NCBI RefSeq assembly: GCF_009914755.1
Contig: NC_060926.1
Strand: one strand, 5' to 3'
Length of the DNA: 64,000 nucleotides
Source: the human T2T-CHM13v2.0 reference genome, Homo sapiens
The translations under genes and the position numbers were made by a program. Within the stretch, counting starts at the first letter, position 1. Each line of letters opens with the position of its first letter. This document shows positions 13,420 to 27,470 of this stretch, piece after piece. The notes below the pieces were generated by a model, which saw only the letters and a list, made by a program, of their open reading frames with translations, was not told where the DNA came from and searched no databases.

Positions 13420-14150
13420 ATTCAAACTCCATAAATGTAATAGTGTACACAATTATAAAAACAAAACCTATATGATGGTATTAAAACAGACACTATTCCT
13501 ATTTCTTCTCTGCTTCTCTTTTCGCTCCCCAAAGGCAATTAATGTTAACAATTTCTTAGATGATCATTCAAGATATTTTCTGTGCTTCTGTGCATATATG
13601 TATGTGCATATGGACACACATCAATACATATATCGATCCTTAAGAAACCCCACATGGACTTTATAATACATCTTATTCTGTAAACTACTATGATGATTGC
13701 ATTTTATACATTTTTTTCGTATTGGCACATATCGATATATAGCCTTCTAAAAAGTAGCTCAGTGTTGCATTGGGTAGTTATAATTTATCTCATTCTTCTG
13801 TTGATGGACACTTAAGTTATATATATTTTTTTTATTACAAGTCAGTTCTAGAGTGAATCTCCTTGTACATAACTGCCTGTGCTTTCATAAGAATAGTTGT
13901 AAGAAATTCTGTTGGGTAACAGGTTTGTTCATTTAAAACTTTTCTAGGTTTTGTCAAATTGTCCCTTTGAAAGGTGGTAAGTTTACAATTCCACCAGTAA
14001 TATAAGAGAATACTTGTTTTTTCATATCCTTAGGTTATGATCAAACTATTTCATCTTTGCCAGCATGAGAGGCAAAAATTGTGTCTGTTTTTAATTATGC
14101 AGTTCTTTAGAATGAACTCAAACACATTTTTATATGTTTATGGGCTATTT
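13420..14150 (-). mobile_element. Degraded L1ME fragment
   Basis: Motifs ctgttgatggacacttaag, ctccttgtacata and tttacaattccaccagtaatataagag. Confidence 0.6.
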
Positions 14151-14330
14151 GAAACCATACTTCCTGGGTTTGTATCCTGGCTCCACAGTTTATCAGCTAT
14201 GTGAACTTGGGCAAATTACTTAACCTTTCTGTGCCCTGTGATTCACTTGTGAGGATTAAATGAATTACTATTTATAAAGGGCTCAAGCCCATGCTTGGCA
14301 TATAGTATATGTTATGTCAGTATTTGTCAA
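14150..14330 (+). mobile_element. MIR
   Basis: cctgggtttgtatcctggctccac...ttgggcaaattacttaacctttctgtgcc...gtgaggattaaatga. Confidence 0.8.
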
Positions 14331-15282
14331 AAATTAAAATTTAAATTTCTTACTCTCTCCTACCTGTTTGTTTACCTATTTTTGTCTTGGGTTCAATAGC
14401 TATTTTAATATTTTGGTAAGTGGTTAATCATCTGATAGCTTACTAGCTAAAGTTCTAAGCAAGGCAAATGTGTGTCTTGTTTAATTTTGAATTATAAAGC
14501 CTGAAAAGATATATGTAAGTCATCCTTTATTTTTTATAGGATCAAGTGAAGGATTTTGTATCAGTTCTGTAAATTCACTGTTGAAAACTAAGAGGTTACA
14601 AAGCAATATTTCATGGAGGTCAGCTCTCTTTATTTCCCTGCTTTGTCTGTGAGTTTTGATTCTACTAATCTGATTAAACCTCTTAGAGCTACATCCTTAG
14701 CTCCAAGATTCTGAAGATTAGAGATTCTGGAGGATTTTTTCCCCCTCCATCCATTAAATTGTTACCATGGTTATTGGACTCCTCCAACAGTACCTCTAAT
14801 CCTTCTGATTTCTGGAAGCAGCATCTTAAGGGTGAATAACTCTGCTGGTTTGGTTTCAAAAAACTTAAGTAACGTAAGAGTCTGTTTGAATATGCCTACA
14901 GTTTTCTTTGAATAATTTTTTCTGAACCTGTTTTCTTGCCTACAAAATGAAGTTAGTATTGCTCTGTATCATTAAGTAATTATGAGGGTTAAATATTTTT
15001 TTAAAAAACTTCAGGCATGATAGTGTTGAAGATATAGGGTTGTTTTGTTTTTGTATTTTTTTAAACCTATGGTATACCTGCTTTTGGGAAATGCCCATTA
15101 AGCAAGGAACAATAAAATATATTTGTAGAGATATTTAGATTTATATTGGGGGTTTTTGGTACTTAAATGTTTGGGGGAGGGATGAGATAATGCTCAAGAT
15201 ATTAGAAACCAGAAGGTGAATCTCAGTTCAGCAAAAAGTGAATCTTTTGGAGAAAATATGATAGCACTATGAGAAGTTGTTG

Positions 15283-15407
15283 TTTTTTAAAGAGATGGGG
15301 TCTCACTATATTGTCCAGGCTGATCTTGAATTCCCGAACTCAAGCGATCCTCCTGCCTTAGCATCCCTAGTAACTGGGATTACAGGTGTGAGCAACCTCA
15401 CTTGGCT
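15283..15407 (-). mobile_element. FLAM (free left Alu monomer)
   Basis: Single antisense monomer gagatggggtctcactatattgtccaggctg...ctgggattacaggtgtgagc. Confidence 0.8.
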
Positions 15408-15599
15408 GAAAAGTGTGTGTGTCTTTTTTTTTTTTTTTTTTTGAGTGTTTGCTGTGTTTCAGACAGTGTGCTGCATGTTTATAAACAGTTACATCATCAA
15501 TAGCTTATTAATAGAGGTCAAAGTACTAGCTTAAGACTACATAGTTACTGAGTGTCAGAGCCATGGTTTGAACCTAGTTTGTCTCCAAAGCCTATGTTT

Positions 15600-15708
15600 T
15601 GGGCAGTATAGCAGCCAGGCTGCTTGGGTTCACCTGCATCTATACAATGGGGATAATAACAGTATCTATGTCCTCTCCATTGTGAAGATTAAATAAATTA
15701 CAGTGCTT
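15600..15708 (+). mobile_element. MIR, 5' half (interrupted by the retrocopy)
   Basis: catctatacaatggggataataacagtatct...tgtgaagattaaa. Confidence 0.75.
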
Positions 15709-18457
15709 TGTTGACAAGGGCTGTCCCAAATCAATAGAAAGGGAAAGGGTGGGCGGAGTTAGTGGAAGGTTGAGGGAACCCATCACGGACTCAGACAGTG
15801 CCACTTAGGGTAAAGCCAGTGCCCGCAATAACAGTTTATCATGCTCATTAATTTGGGATTTCAAAACACAAATGAGAACTCACACCTACCCACCCCCAAG
15901 TGCATGTCTTCATCATGTAAAAAGTAAGTTTCCTTTGAAAATATCCTTTTGCCCCTATTTTTGTTTGTTTAGACAAATATCTAATTTATAAGAAGTGCAT
16001 GGGAGGGGTTTTAGAAGTTTAACGAATTTTTAAATGAGAAAGGGTAGTTTGGTAGTCTACTTGAAAATGTTTCTGGGAAATTCCCTAAAAACATAGGATT
16101 TTGGTGACCTTAGCTTCTGTGTTCCTACTGCCACCCAGAAAAGGGGCAGGGCTCTGCAACCCCCGGGACAAATGGGCACCCCATGCCTATACCTCCCTCC
16201 CCGAGCTAAGTCCCAGGGCATCTGGGCCTTGCCTGGAGACTGGGCTAGCTCTGTAGGCTCGGAGAGCCTGGGGAGGGTGTTACCCCACCTCTTGTATTTT
16301 GGGAGACAGGGAAAGTGAACAGACTTCCCCTTCCCATACCCCTCAGGGTGGTTTCCCTACCAGTCAGGCTTACTGCTTCTAGAAGAGAGCAGAGTGTCAG
16401 GGCGTGAGACTGCATTTCTGGGCTTAGAAGTAAAGGATGTGAGACTTGTTCAGTATTTGCCATCAGCACAGGGAAAACCAGGAGAAAGCCTGGCTCCAGG
16501 ACCTGGAGGCTTCTGCCCCGTACGATCAGAAGGTGGATAGATCTTCCCACTCTAGCATGGCTAGAACTCTTAAGAGTCTGTGGTGCTCCATCTCTATTGA
16601 TGACCCCAGCTCAGTAACTATACCTGGTATATTTCCTATGTAAAATCTGTACCTTGAAGGCAGAGCATTCTGAATAAAGTTGGAAAAAGAATAGCTTTGC
16701 AAAGATTGATGATAGACTGGTTCCCCAAAGGCCTAGGCTACGCATCACCCCTTTTTCCAGAGCGAGGGCCTGGAATGAAGACAGTTCCTCCTCTGCCCCT
16801 GGAGCCTGAGATTTGCTTTGGCTCCTTGAGGTGGAAGAGGCTAAGAGTGCAGCTGCCCAGAGCAGCTCTGTGTACAGCCCGGCTCCTCTTGGGTTTCTGA
16901 TGCCTTCCGTGGCACTGTGCCCTATCCCTCAGCCAGCCAGACGGCCTCCCAACTCCTGACCAGCAGGTAGGTTTTGGAGTGGTTGGTTGGTATGGTATTG
17001 TGATTAGAGCAGCTTATGGTGCCAAGGTGGCAAGCTAATTTTCACAGGCTCACTCCACCTCGGGCTCCCTGTGGGAATGGTAGGCCAGGCCCAGCAAGCC
17101 ATGTCCCACCACATCCTCCTCTCAGGAGGAAGGGCCAGCTGTCGAGCCAGCAGCTAGTCCATAGCATGGCCTTATAACTGTATAAAGCCAGGCATTGCCC
17201 GTGAGCAGAGCTGGAACCAGAGCTTCAGTCAGTAAGAGGGAGGATTATCTTCAGGAGAAGACAAGGAAGAAAATTGGCTATCTTTATAGTTGCACTGTCA
17301 TAACCAAGTGTCCACATTCAAAATGTATAGTGTCCATCCCTCATGTAATGGTGGTTTCTGGCCCAAAGTGAGACTGTCCTTTCAATTAGAGAAGGGTACA
17401 GAGATAGTCTAGGTGGGAAGGCCAGAAGTGCTGGCTGCTTAGCCACTGGGACCACCTGTTCTTGCCCCACTGCCATCTAGTAGGGCCAAAGTAAAGGCTG
17501 GCTGTGGGTGTCTGTGGATTGAGAATGTGGCAGGGACTGGTGCTCCTACCTCCCTCTGGCCGAAGATGGGGTCTACCCTCTGTGTGCATGTCACCACCAG
17601 CAGTCATAGCTTCCCAAATGGAGATGTGGCAGGAAAAAGTTTAAAAAAGAAAACGGGCAACTGTATTGTGTTGGGGAGAAATTGATGGGAGATGAGAAAA
17701 CAGTTTGGATTTTGTGTATGGGAGTATAGTTGTCTGTAACTTTGCTTATATGCTTTTTTTTCCTTTTGTATTTTAAAGTAAGTGAAAGGCTTTGGCTTGG
17801 AAAACCCTAGAGAGATTGGAGGGGCGGGGCAGAAACCTGAGGCTGCTGCCCCTTTATCTGCCTTCACGGTACTGTCCCCTTCCCCCAGCTCCTCCCTGGC
17901 CCCATGGGCCAGGCCTCAGACCTTCCAGCTAACCGCTTCCCAAGAGCCACTTCTCTGATGTTAGCCTATAACCAAAGGAGCTGGGGGATCCAGGTCCAGT
18001 GACCAGCCCTTCTCAGCCCACTCGATCAGGGTGCTCCCCACCTGCAGGCAGGAGGCAACACCCTATATGCTACCATCAGACCCTTCCAGAGCCCACCTGC
18101 TGCCCAGCCCTGCCCTGCCCAGCCAAGCCATACCCTGCTCTGCCCCATCTGGGGGTGCCCTGCTCAGAGATGGGCCAGCAGGGCTATACTCAGCCTCCCT
18201 AGTAAACAGAGACTAAAGAAACCTCTGGGGTCCTGTTTTCTGGTCGTGTGATCCCAGGGGTGCACACAGGCCCCTTGGGTGTCTGAACAGAAGGGCATGG
18301 GAGAGAGGGCCACACCCCTGCAGTCTTGCTCTGCTGGTGTAGCGGGCAGCTGCCCACTGCCACCCAACCCTGTACCGAGGGCTCCTGAGTCAGCAGATTA
18401 AGTATTTTGTAAATTGTATTTAAAATACATGTTTTAAACTTGTTAAAAAAAAAAAAA
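15709..18457 (+). pseudogene. 5'-truncated processed retrocopy of an mRNA 3'UTR (parent gene not securely identified)
   Basis: A ~2.75 kb repeat-free, GC-richer, UTR-like block ends in AATACA (18424-18429) plus A13 (18445-18457). It has a degenerate TSD, aaattacagtgctt (15695-15708) / aaaagacggtgctt (18454-18467), and it interrupts a MIR whose halves flank it. Confidence 0.85.
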
Positions 18458-18520
18458 GACGGTGCTTAGAACAGTGCCTGAACCACAGTAAGCATCTTAC
18501 AAATGTTTGCTTTTATTATA
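18458..18520 (+). mobile_element. MIR, 3' half
   Basis: gtgcttagaacagtgcctg...agtaagcatcttacaaatgtttgc continues the MIR consensus from 15708. Confidence 0.75.
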
Positions 18521-19004
18521 ATTTAGGTAATTTCTATACCATTTTGGCTTGCTTTTCTGCTCCTTTACACTCTCCTTTTGACCTTGGTAAGTGGTGGCAT
18601 CTAGGATATTTTTGTTTCCTAGCTCACTTGTCTGTGTGGCAAACATGACCCTCGCCTTTCCATCTGGAGCAGATGGGGGAAAAAGCCATGGTAATAGGCA
18701 TGTCCTTAGCAGAGTGCTGTAGGGACCGTTGCTGTAAACAGGCTTGGGGTATATGTGTTCACTAGGAGACAGAAGGGGGCAGGGATATGAGGCCTGAATG
18801 CAGGGACCTAAAACCAGAAACCTGTGTGTCTTCAAAGATGCATGCACATTCAAAGAGTCAGTGTTCACCTTTGGCTTTACAAGAATGGGCTCTACTGTAA
18901 TTGTGTAGTGCAGTGATTCCTAAACCTGGCTGGTTCACCTAGGCCCTTGTGACTCAAATTCCCTTAAGACCTACCGAATTTAGTGTTGGGGTCCAAGCAT
19001 CTAT

Positions 19005-19354
<350 letters not shown>

Positions 19355-20041
19355 TGAATGGTTAGCCATGTTTGGGAGTCACTGGTATGCTGTTTGTTCC
19401 TGTGTCTCCACAGGGCCTGCCCCCACCAGCCATGTTGTATGTGACTTTAAAAACTCTTAGAAGATCCCTCATTATCTAGTAAACTCTGTTTTTGGCAGTT
19501 ACTGTAAAGATAAACTTGGAATACAAATATACAAGCAGATGAGTGAAAGGGTTCCATTAGAGAAATAACAAAGGAAGAGTATTTGATCAAAGTAATTTGT
19601 CAGTGTATTTTGTTTGGTTCTTATACTTATGTTGATTTCCTTGTCAACATTTGCTTATTTTCATACTGATACTTGCAAGTTAGATACACAAAAAGTAATA
19701 GCTATTGAACGTAATTTTGATGCTTAATTTACATGCCAATTTATAGAATTGTTAGAGGGCTCTTTTCCCAGAGTAACACTCAAAAAATGAATGAAGTAAG
19801 TAATTCACATTCCATTTTATATTTGAGAATTCATGATTAGAATGGAATGTTAATATGGTTAGCTGTAGTCAGACAATATTGACATTGTTGCTAAGATATT
19901 TTACGAGACATGTCATTGAGACTGCTGTTTGGAAAACTGAGCAGTGAATTTTTTTTTTTTTGGTGCTGATGGTGGAATAGGGATAAAGTAAACAAAATAT
20001 ACAAGATGCATACAAATAAGATATAGAAAAATGCAGTCATC

Positions 20042-20402
<361 letters not shown>

Positions 20403-21122
20403 TTATATAGCCACATGTACACGGCAGATTTAGTCTGCTTTTTTCTAGAATGTGAGCTAAGTTGGTAGTATTTTTGAACATGTTTTTGTGGGGAAGAAAC
20501 TTTAAATACTGCCTAGAAACATTGAGGCATTTTTTCCCCCAAAATGATCCCGTTTTCCTTGTAAGGAGTTGAAGTAAGATAAATGGTAGCAGCTCCCTTT
20601 TATTCTCTCCCTTCTCTTGTAAGGAGGCCTTTTGGCAGACAGCTTTGCTGACGGGACTGCCAGAGTTTGGATTTGAGTAGTTAGTGAGGGGGTGGTGTAC
20701 TGCTTAGAGTATTGTTCTAAAAGTCTTTTTCCCTTCCACTTATTTTTCCACCCCCAAAATGTCAGCATGTCCAACATGACAGAATGTTCCTGACAATTAT
20801 CACTCAGGGAAACATGACTTGCTAAATTATCTGGGGCTAAGTCAGACTTTCTTTAGCACCAAGCAATGCTCCATGCTCAGTATACACCTTGGTTAGGGAA
20901 TATGCTATCTGGGACAGTCCAGTGTGGTACTGTGGTTAAGAGTTCTGACTCTGGAGTCAAACTGGCTGGGTTCAATTCCGGATCTGCCACTTTCAGGGTA
21001 GGGGATCCTAGGCAACTTAGCCCTCCTCCAAGCCTTGATTTCCTCATCTGCAGCAAGGGGGCAATGACAGTGTCATTTTAAATGGAATGGGGTGAATAAT
21101 TAGTGTATTCAAGTTAATGTAT

Positions 21123-21464
21123 TGCTGTGGTTTGTTCTCACCAAAACCTCATGAATGGCTTGGTGCTGTTCTCCTGCAACAAGTCAGAGTTCTTGCTCTG
21201 GGAAGACTGGGTGAGTCCTCATGGGAATGGATTAGTTCCAGAGAGAGTGGGTTGTAACAAAGCCAGGATACTTCTCAGCTTTTCCCCTTTGCTTGTGTCC
21301 ACTTCCCGTTTGACTGTCTCTGCCGTGTTGTGATGCATGGGGAAGCCATGGCCTTGCCCTTGAACTTCTCAGCCTGCAGAACGATGAGCTAAAGAACTCT
21401 CTTTTCTTTATTAATTGCCTAGTCTCAGGTATTCTTTTATAGCAACTCAAAATGGACTTGATAT
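21123..21464 (+). mobile_element. MST (MaLR) LTR inserted in a MIR (MIR pieces ~20920-21120 and ~21470-21540)
   Basis: 3' end cagcctgcagaacgatgagc...ctcaggtattcttttatagcaactcaaaatggact, with MIR motifs on both sides. Confidence 0.8.
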
Positions 21465-21565
21465 ATAGATGTAAAGTGCTTAGCAAGATGTCTGGCACAC
21501 AAAGGAAGGGCTTAAGAACTGCCAGCTTGATCATCATTATTAGGGCCGATATACACAATGGGCAT

Positions 21566-21947
21566 TGTGTTAGTCCATTTTGCATTGCTATAAAGGAATA
21601 CCTGAGGCTGGGTAATTTATAAAGAAAGGGGGGTTATTTTGTCTCACAGTTCTGCAGGCTGTAGTGCCAGCATCTGCTTTGGTGAGGCCTCAGGAAGCCT
21701 TTATTCCTGGTAGAAAGCCAAGGGGAGCAGGCATGTCACATGGCAAGGGAGGAGGTGCCAGGCTCTTTTTAATAATCAGATCTCTAGTGAACTAATAGAG
21801 TGAGAACTCACTCATTACTGCTGGGAGGGCACCGAGCCATTCATGAAGGATCCACCCCCGTGACCCAACACCTCTCACTAGGCCCCACCTAGTGCGGATT
21901 ACATTTCCACATGAAATTTCAAAGGGGCAGATGTTCAAACTCTATCA
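21566..21947 (-). mobile_element. MSTA/MSTB solo LTR with 5-bp TSD GGCAT
   Basis: tgtgttagtccattttgcattgctataaaggaatacctgaggctggg...aaactctatca. GGCAT at 21561-21565 and 21948-21952. Confidence 0.9.
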
Positions 21948-23462
21948 GGCATACACACATAGGTGAAACAGTACTCAATGTAAATCCTGTCATGTTACTC
22001 AGGAATGAAACAGTATGTGAAGTTCGAGGATAAGTGGCCTCTGGCAGTAATCTCAGGGCTTGGTGAGTAATTGGGATGGAGAATGGCTTTAGCAGTGGGG
22101 TATCCTGTGGTTAGTTGTTGTCCCTGGGTTGGCCTCATTGCACAGCTCCGGGGGCACTATTAACATAGACGTGACAGGTGCAGCATGGTGGTCCACTACT
22201 GTTGTCATTTCTCATGTCACCTTCAAGAAAGTGCTGTGAAAAAAATGTGGAGTTCTCTGTTATTATAAATTAAGAGGGTGTATTTGGATTTTTTTTTTTT
22301 TGAGAAAGTTTAATGTTAAAGCATTAACTGGTTGAGATTGCAGATAGCTGGGGCAGTGAGGCTCCTTTTAAGTGCTTTGAAGCACCTAGGGTGAGGCACT
22401 AGATCTTGGACCCTGCAGTGTCTGTAGGGTGAAGCTGATCCAGAACTTCATTGTGAGAACAATCAATAGGAAAGACCATCTGACATTAGAGAGATCTGGG
22501 ATATGGTCAGTTGGAGCTACATGGACAAGGGCAAGTGTGTGGCAGGCAGACTGAGCAACAACAGTGGGCATAGCTCGAGGTGCCTGAATAGGGGAAAAGT
22601 GAGACCTTCCTGGAAGAGGACTCATGACAGCAGGAGCCTCAAGAACTTGGCAGGTGTCCAATGTGGCAGCTTGCAGGGGAACCTCTGGAAATAAAGGGAG
22701 ATGGATACAAATTTGAGTTTCAAATAAATGTTCACTGGAAAATAAAGTATATTTTATTTTATAAAACATGTCAGAATATATGTCAAACTGAAAATGTAAA
22801 AGGAAGGGGAAAAAACCGTTCATACTTCCACTCCCTTCAAAATAACCACCATCATCTTACTGACTGCCTTCGAACTTTTGGGTCATGTATCTTACTTATT
22901 TTTCCATTATAAAAGATTGTGTATACTAGCTTAAATGTTTTTTCTACATGTTTTTGAAAATGTTCATATGGTAAACTGATTTTTTTTTTTTAATTTGAGT
23001 TCCTTGGCAATGAAAACAGTCATTGTGGTGTTCCGTGCTACTCTGCTTGTTTAGAGGGGTGGGTGGGGGTAAAGAGAGCTTTCCTTGCCCAGCATCCCAA
23101 TCGTGAAAAATGTAAGCTATTGTTAGCGAGTTCTGGCAGGCAGCATCAGTTATTGCTTTAAGGGTCTCCAGATAAAGTAAGAGATTCTTTCTGCACTGTG
23201 GGGTGAAGGATGTGGTTCAAAAAGCCCGTTTCCTGAAAGAGAAGGCTGTGGAAGAGGGGCAGTTGAGTGAAGTGCTGGAAGGCCAGGATTGGTTTATACA
23301 GTTTCTTATATTTTTTAAAAACCATAATGTCCCCACTGTTGAGTAGTGGATTCTGTTTTTTCTCTGAAGGAACTTGTTTCTTTCAGAAGGATAAATGGGT
23401 TGTACATTTTCTGAGCTTTTGAGTATCTGAGAATGTTTTCTGGTTGATATCATGTATAATAG

Positions 23463-24242
<780 letters not shown>

Positions 24243-24651
24243 AGGGTTCTGAGTGCAGTCGGGCTCTGGTGCCTTTCAGAGGCTCCGAGGTTTTGTTTGT
24301 ATCCTAGTAAAACACCTTTTTAATGCTTACCTGGAAACCTGTGATAATTTTTCTTAGGTTTTTAGAAAAATTACTTTATCTTGTCCTTATTTCTTCTCAG
24401 AAAGGTTTTTGTTTCCCATATCTATAATATTTTCTCACATTGTTAAAATTTTAGCTCCTTCCCTCTGCTTCTTGGGGAAACCTTCCCGAGCTTATTCTCT
24501 TTATCATGGACTAAGTTTTCTATAGTATCAGTTTTCCTTGACTACCTGAAATGTGGATCATGCTTTTTAAATTTCCTGCTTTTCTTTCCTTATCTTTAAT
24601 AGTCTATAGTATAGATATATAGTATAGAATGCCTTAGTCTGTAGTATAGCT

Positions 24652-24868
24652 CAAGCTTGTCCAACCCACGGCCTGTGGGTCACATGAGGCCCAGGACGGC
24701 TTTGAATGCGGCCCAACAAAAATTTGTAAACTTTCTTAAAACATTATGAGACTTTTTTTGTGACTTTTTTAAAAAACTCATCAGCTATCATTAGTGTATT
24801 TTACGTGTGGCCCAAGACAATTCTTCTTCCAATGTGGCCCAAGGAAGCCAAAAGATTAGACACCCCCG
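24652..24868. mobile_element. MER30 (hAT-Charlie) DNA transposon
   Basis: caagcttgtccaacccacggcc...cccaggacggctttgaatgcggccc...ggaagccaaaagattagacacccc. Confidence 0.85.
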
Positions 24869-27239
24869 GTATGGATTGTCATCAGGAAAGAAACACTCTA
24901 TGAAGGGTCTGGAGGCCAGGCCATCTTATATTCTATTGATGGTACCAAGCGGTTCACAGAATTTTGTTCTCAGTCGTCTTTGAGTGTTCAAGCAGATGTT
25001 CTCTTTCCTTTCACTAATAAGCTATGTTTTCTCAGTCCTGTCATTGATTATTTTGGGTGGTGGTTGGGGGAGGCTTATCAAAAGAGAAAAGATGCAATCA
25101 GCCAGGTTTTACTGATCTGGAGCTGTTGTTCCTGCTGGTGGGCACAGGGTGGAGATACAGAGGCCGACTCCAGGGTCAGGGGTTTGCTATCCTCCCCTTT
25201 CCACAGTGGGCTGGGCTCTGATGTTTTATAGACTGGAGTGTGGTTAGGCCACCAATTGTTTATTGCAACAACAAAGGATCCTCTTTTGTCATCTTTAAAA
25301 TTACTGGAAATTCTTTCCTTTTCTGGCAGTCTCTTCCTTTTAGTATGGTTTTTTTGCACTTGTGAGTTTTCTTACTTTGTAGTTAGATATTTTACTAGGG
25401 TATTGGGAGAGGCCTTGCCAGGACTGCTAGCCAGATGCAGTTTTAAAAAGAAACAGGAATTCATGCATTTATCGCCTGCACCCCACCTCCACCCCTCCCT
25501 GCTCCTTGAGCGGCTGTTCCCCCTCTTCTCTTTACTTCTCAATTCCTTGGTCCTGTCCTGCCTCATTTCCTTCCTTTTTAGCATCTGTTTTCTTCCCTGT
25601 CCTCCCATTACACTCCAACCCTCATGTCTCTCTTTCCCTCTTTCCTCCCTGGCAGACTGGATGTTTTCCTAGTGCTTTGGATTATCCATGTCCCATGTGA
25701 GCAGGCATCTGCAAGTGTGCCCACACCCAACCACCAACAGCAGAGATGACCAGGACCTGGAAGAGAAACAGAAGGGTGGGAAGAGAAGAAATGCCAGCTG
25801 ACCCAGAGCCCATCAATGACAGGACTGTGGCAGGCTCAGCACTGCTGGCATCCAACCTTCAGAGCAGGGCACTGGCACTCTTCTTCCTGTTATGCCCGTG
25901 TCCACTGTAGTCAGCTGCAAACAAGCTTGCCTCCGAGCAGTGCCTACACACATGTCACTTCGAGCACATGCTTTGTGGAATAGAGCTTCATTTCACCCAC
26001 TTGCCAAGTTAGGCCTTAGTAGGTGGCCCATTTATCCTAAAGATCTTAAAATTGACACATGGCTCAATCCTTGGGAATGTACATTTAAATATTTACAGGA
26101 AATGTGCACATAGGAAAAAATATAAACCATCTAAACGTGTGTATCTTAACACCCATGCTTCAGTTGATCAGTTCCCATTCCCAGAGGCAGCCACTGCTAC
26201 TGGTTCGATGTGTATCCTTCTCGAGACCCTCCATGCATGTACAAGTGTCCATGTTTGTATAGATGTAAACATAATGTGTGTGCCTACATACATATGTAGA
26301 TACACATATATATACACATATACCCTCAAGGAATGTACATTTGGAATGGAAACTTTTATTTTAATCATCTGCATTACTTAGTACAGTAGGCCTTGTAGTT
26401 CCTTTTCTCCCGACCTCTTTGTCTTGGGAAGTGGCATAAGCATTCCAGATCTTTTTGACCACCTTCTTGCTTATGTGGCTCTCGGTCCTGGCTGCACAGT
26501 AAAATCACTTGGTGAGCTTTAAGGACCATCACCTGTGCCATTTTCCCAACCAGTTAAAACAGCCTCGCTCGGCAGGGATCGGGGGTCCCTCTGTGTGGAG
26601 GGTGTTGGAAACTGAATCAGGTGTAGCATCAGTAGGCCTGGCAGAGCCACGGAATTCAAGCTGCAGTGTGTTCCACAGGACTGGTAGACCTGGACAAGTC
26701 TGTGCTGGCAAGGAAATGTAGAATCCCAAATTCCATGCAGATTGACGGTGAATCCTGCCAGGTTGCCTTCCACCACAGCTAGCTCGTGACTTCACCCTTC
26801 ATTGGGCCAGGCAGAATGACCGGAGCCAGCGCCACTGTGCTGCAGAAGCAGCAGGCCCAAATGCTGCAAGAGTTAATAAATGTCCAGTACCCACGGAGAG
26901 GAGAGGAAACTAGGGTGCTTGATGACTAAACACCTATCCTGGATCCACTTCGCTTGTATGGTGACAGCATGAGGTGTGACTGAGAGAAGATTAATGATCA
27001 CTGGGCCTGGGTACCTCCCAAAAGGAGTGCTGCAGGAGTGCTGTGGAGCTAATTAACCAGCCGGCATGAAAAGTGAAAATAGACGAGGGAACAGGGTGTT
27101 TTTTTGTTTTTTTTTTCTTCCCCTCTGTGGTGGCCCAGTACTGTGCGTAGACCTACATATACTATTTTTGGTTTTCCTTCTTAAGTATGCAAAATGACAT
27201 AATGTTGAAAGCCTCTCTCAGTAGCCTTCTCCAAGGGGA

Positions 27240-27470
27240 GCAATACTGAGACAGTGGACTCTGGATCCCGCTGCCTGGGTTCAGACTCAGCTCTGATACA
27301 TGCCAGAGTGGCCTTGGGCAAGATACTTGATCCTTTCTGTGCCTCAGTTTCTTCATCTGAAAAGGGGGCTAATAGCAATGCCTAATTTGTGGCGTGGCTG
27401 TGAAGATTAAGTTTAAATAATATATGTATAATGCACCCAGAACCCTGTCCTGGCACCTAATACATCTAAA
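27240..27470 (+). mobile_element. MIR
   Basis: ctgcctgggttcagactcagctctg...ccttgggcaagatactt...ctgtgcctcagtttcttcatctg. Confidence 0.85.

Noticed and set aside
16245-18367. Short ORFs within the retrocopy
   Set aside because: They are inconsistent in strand and frame and resemble no protein I recognise, consistent with 3'UTR origin.
25238-25700. Hydrophobic 144-aa ORF
   Set aside because: It arises from a CT-rich low-complexity tract and has no recognisable protein or splice support.
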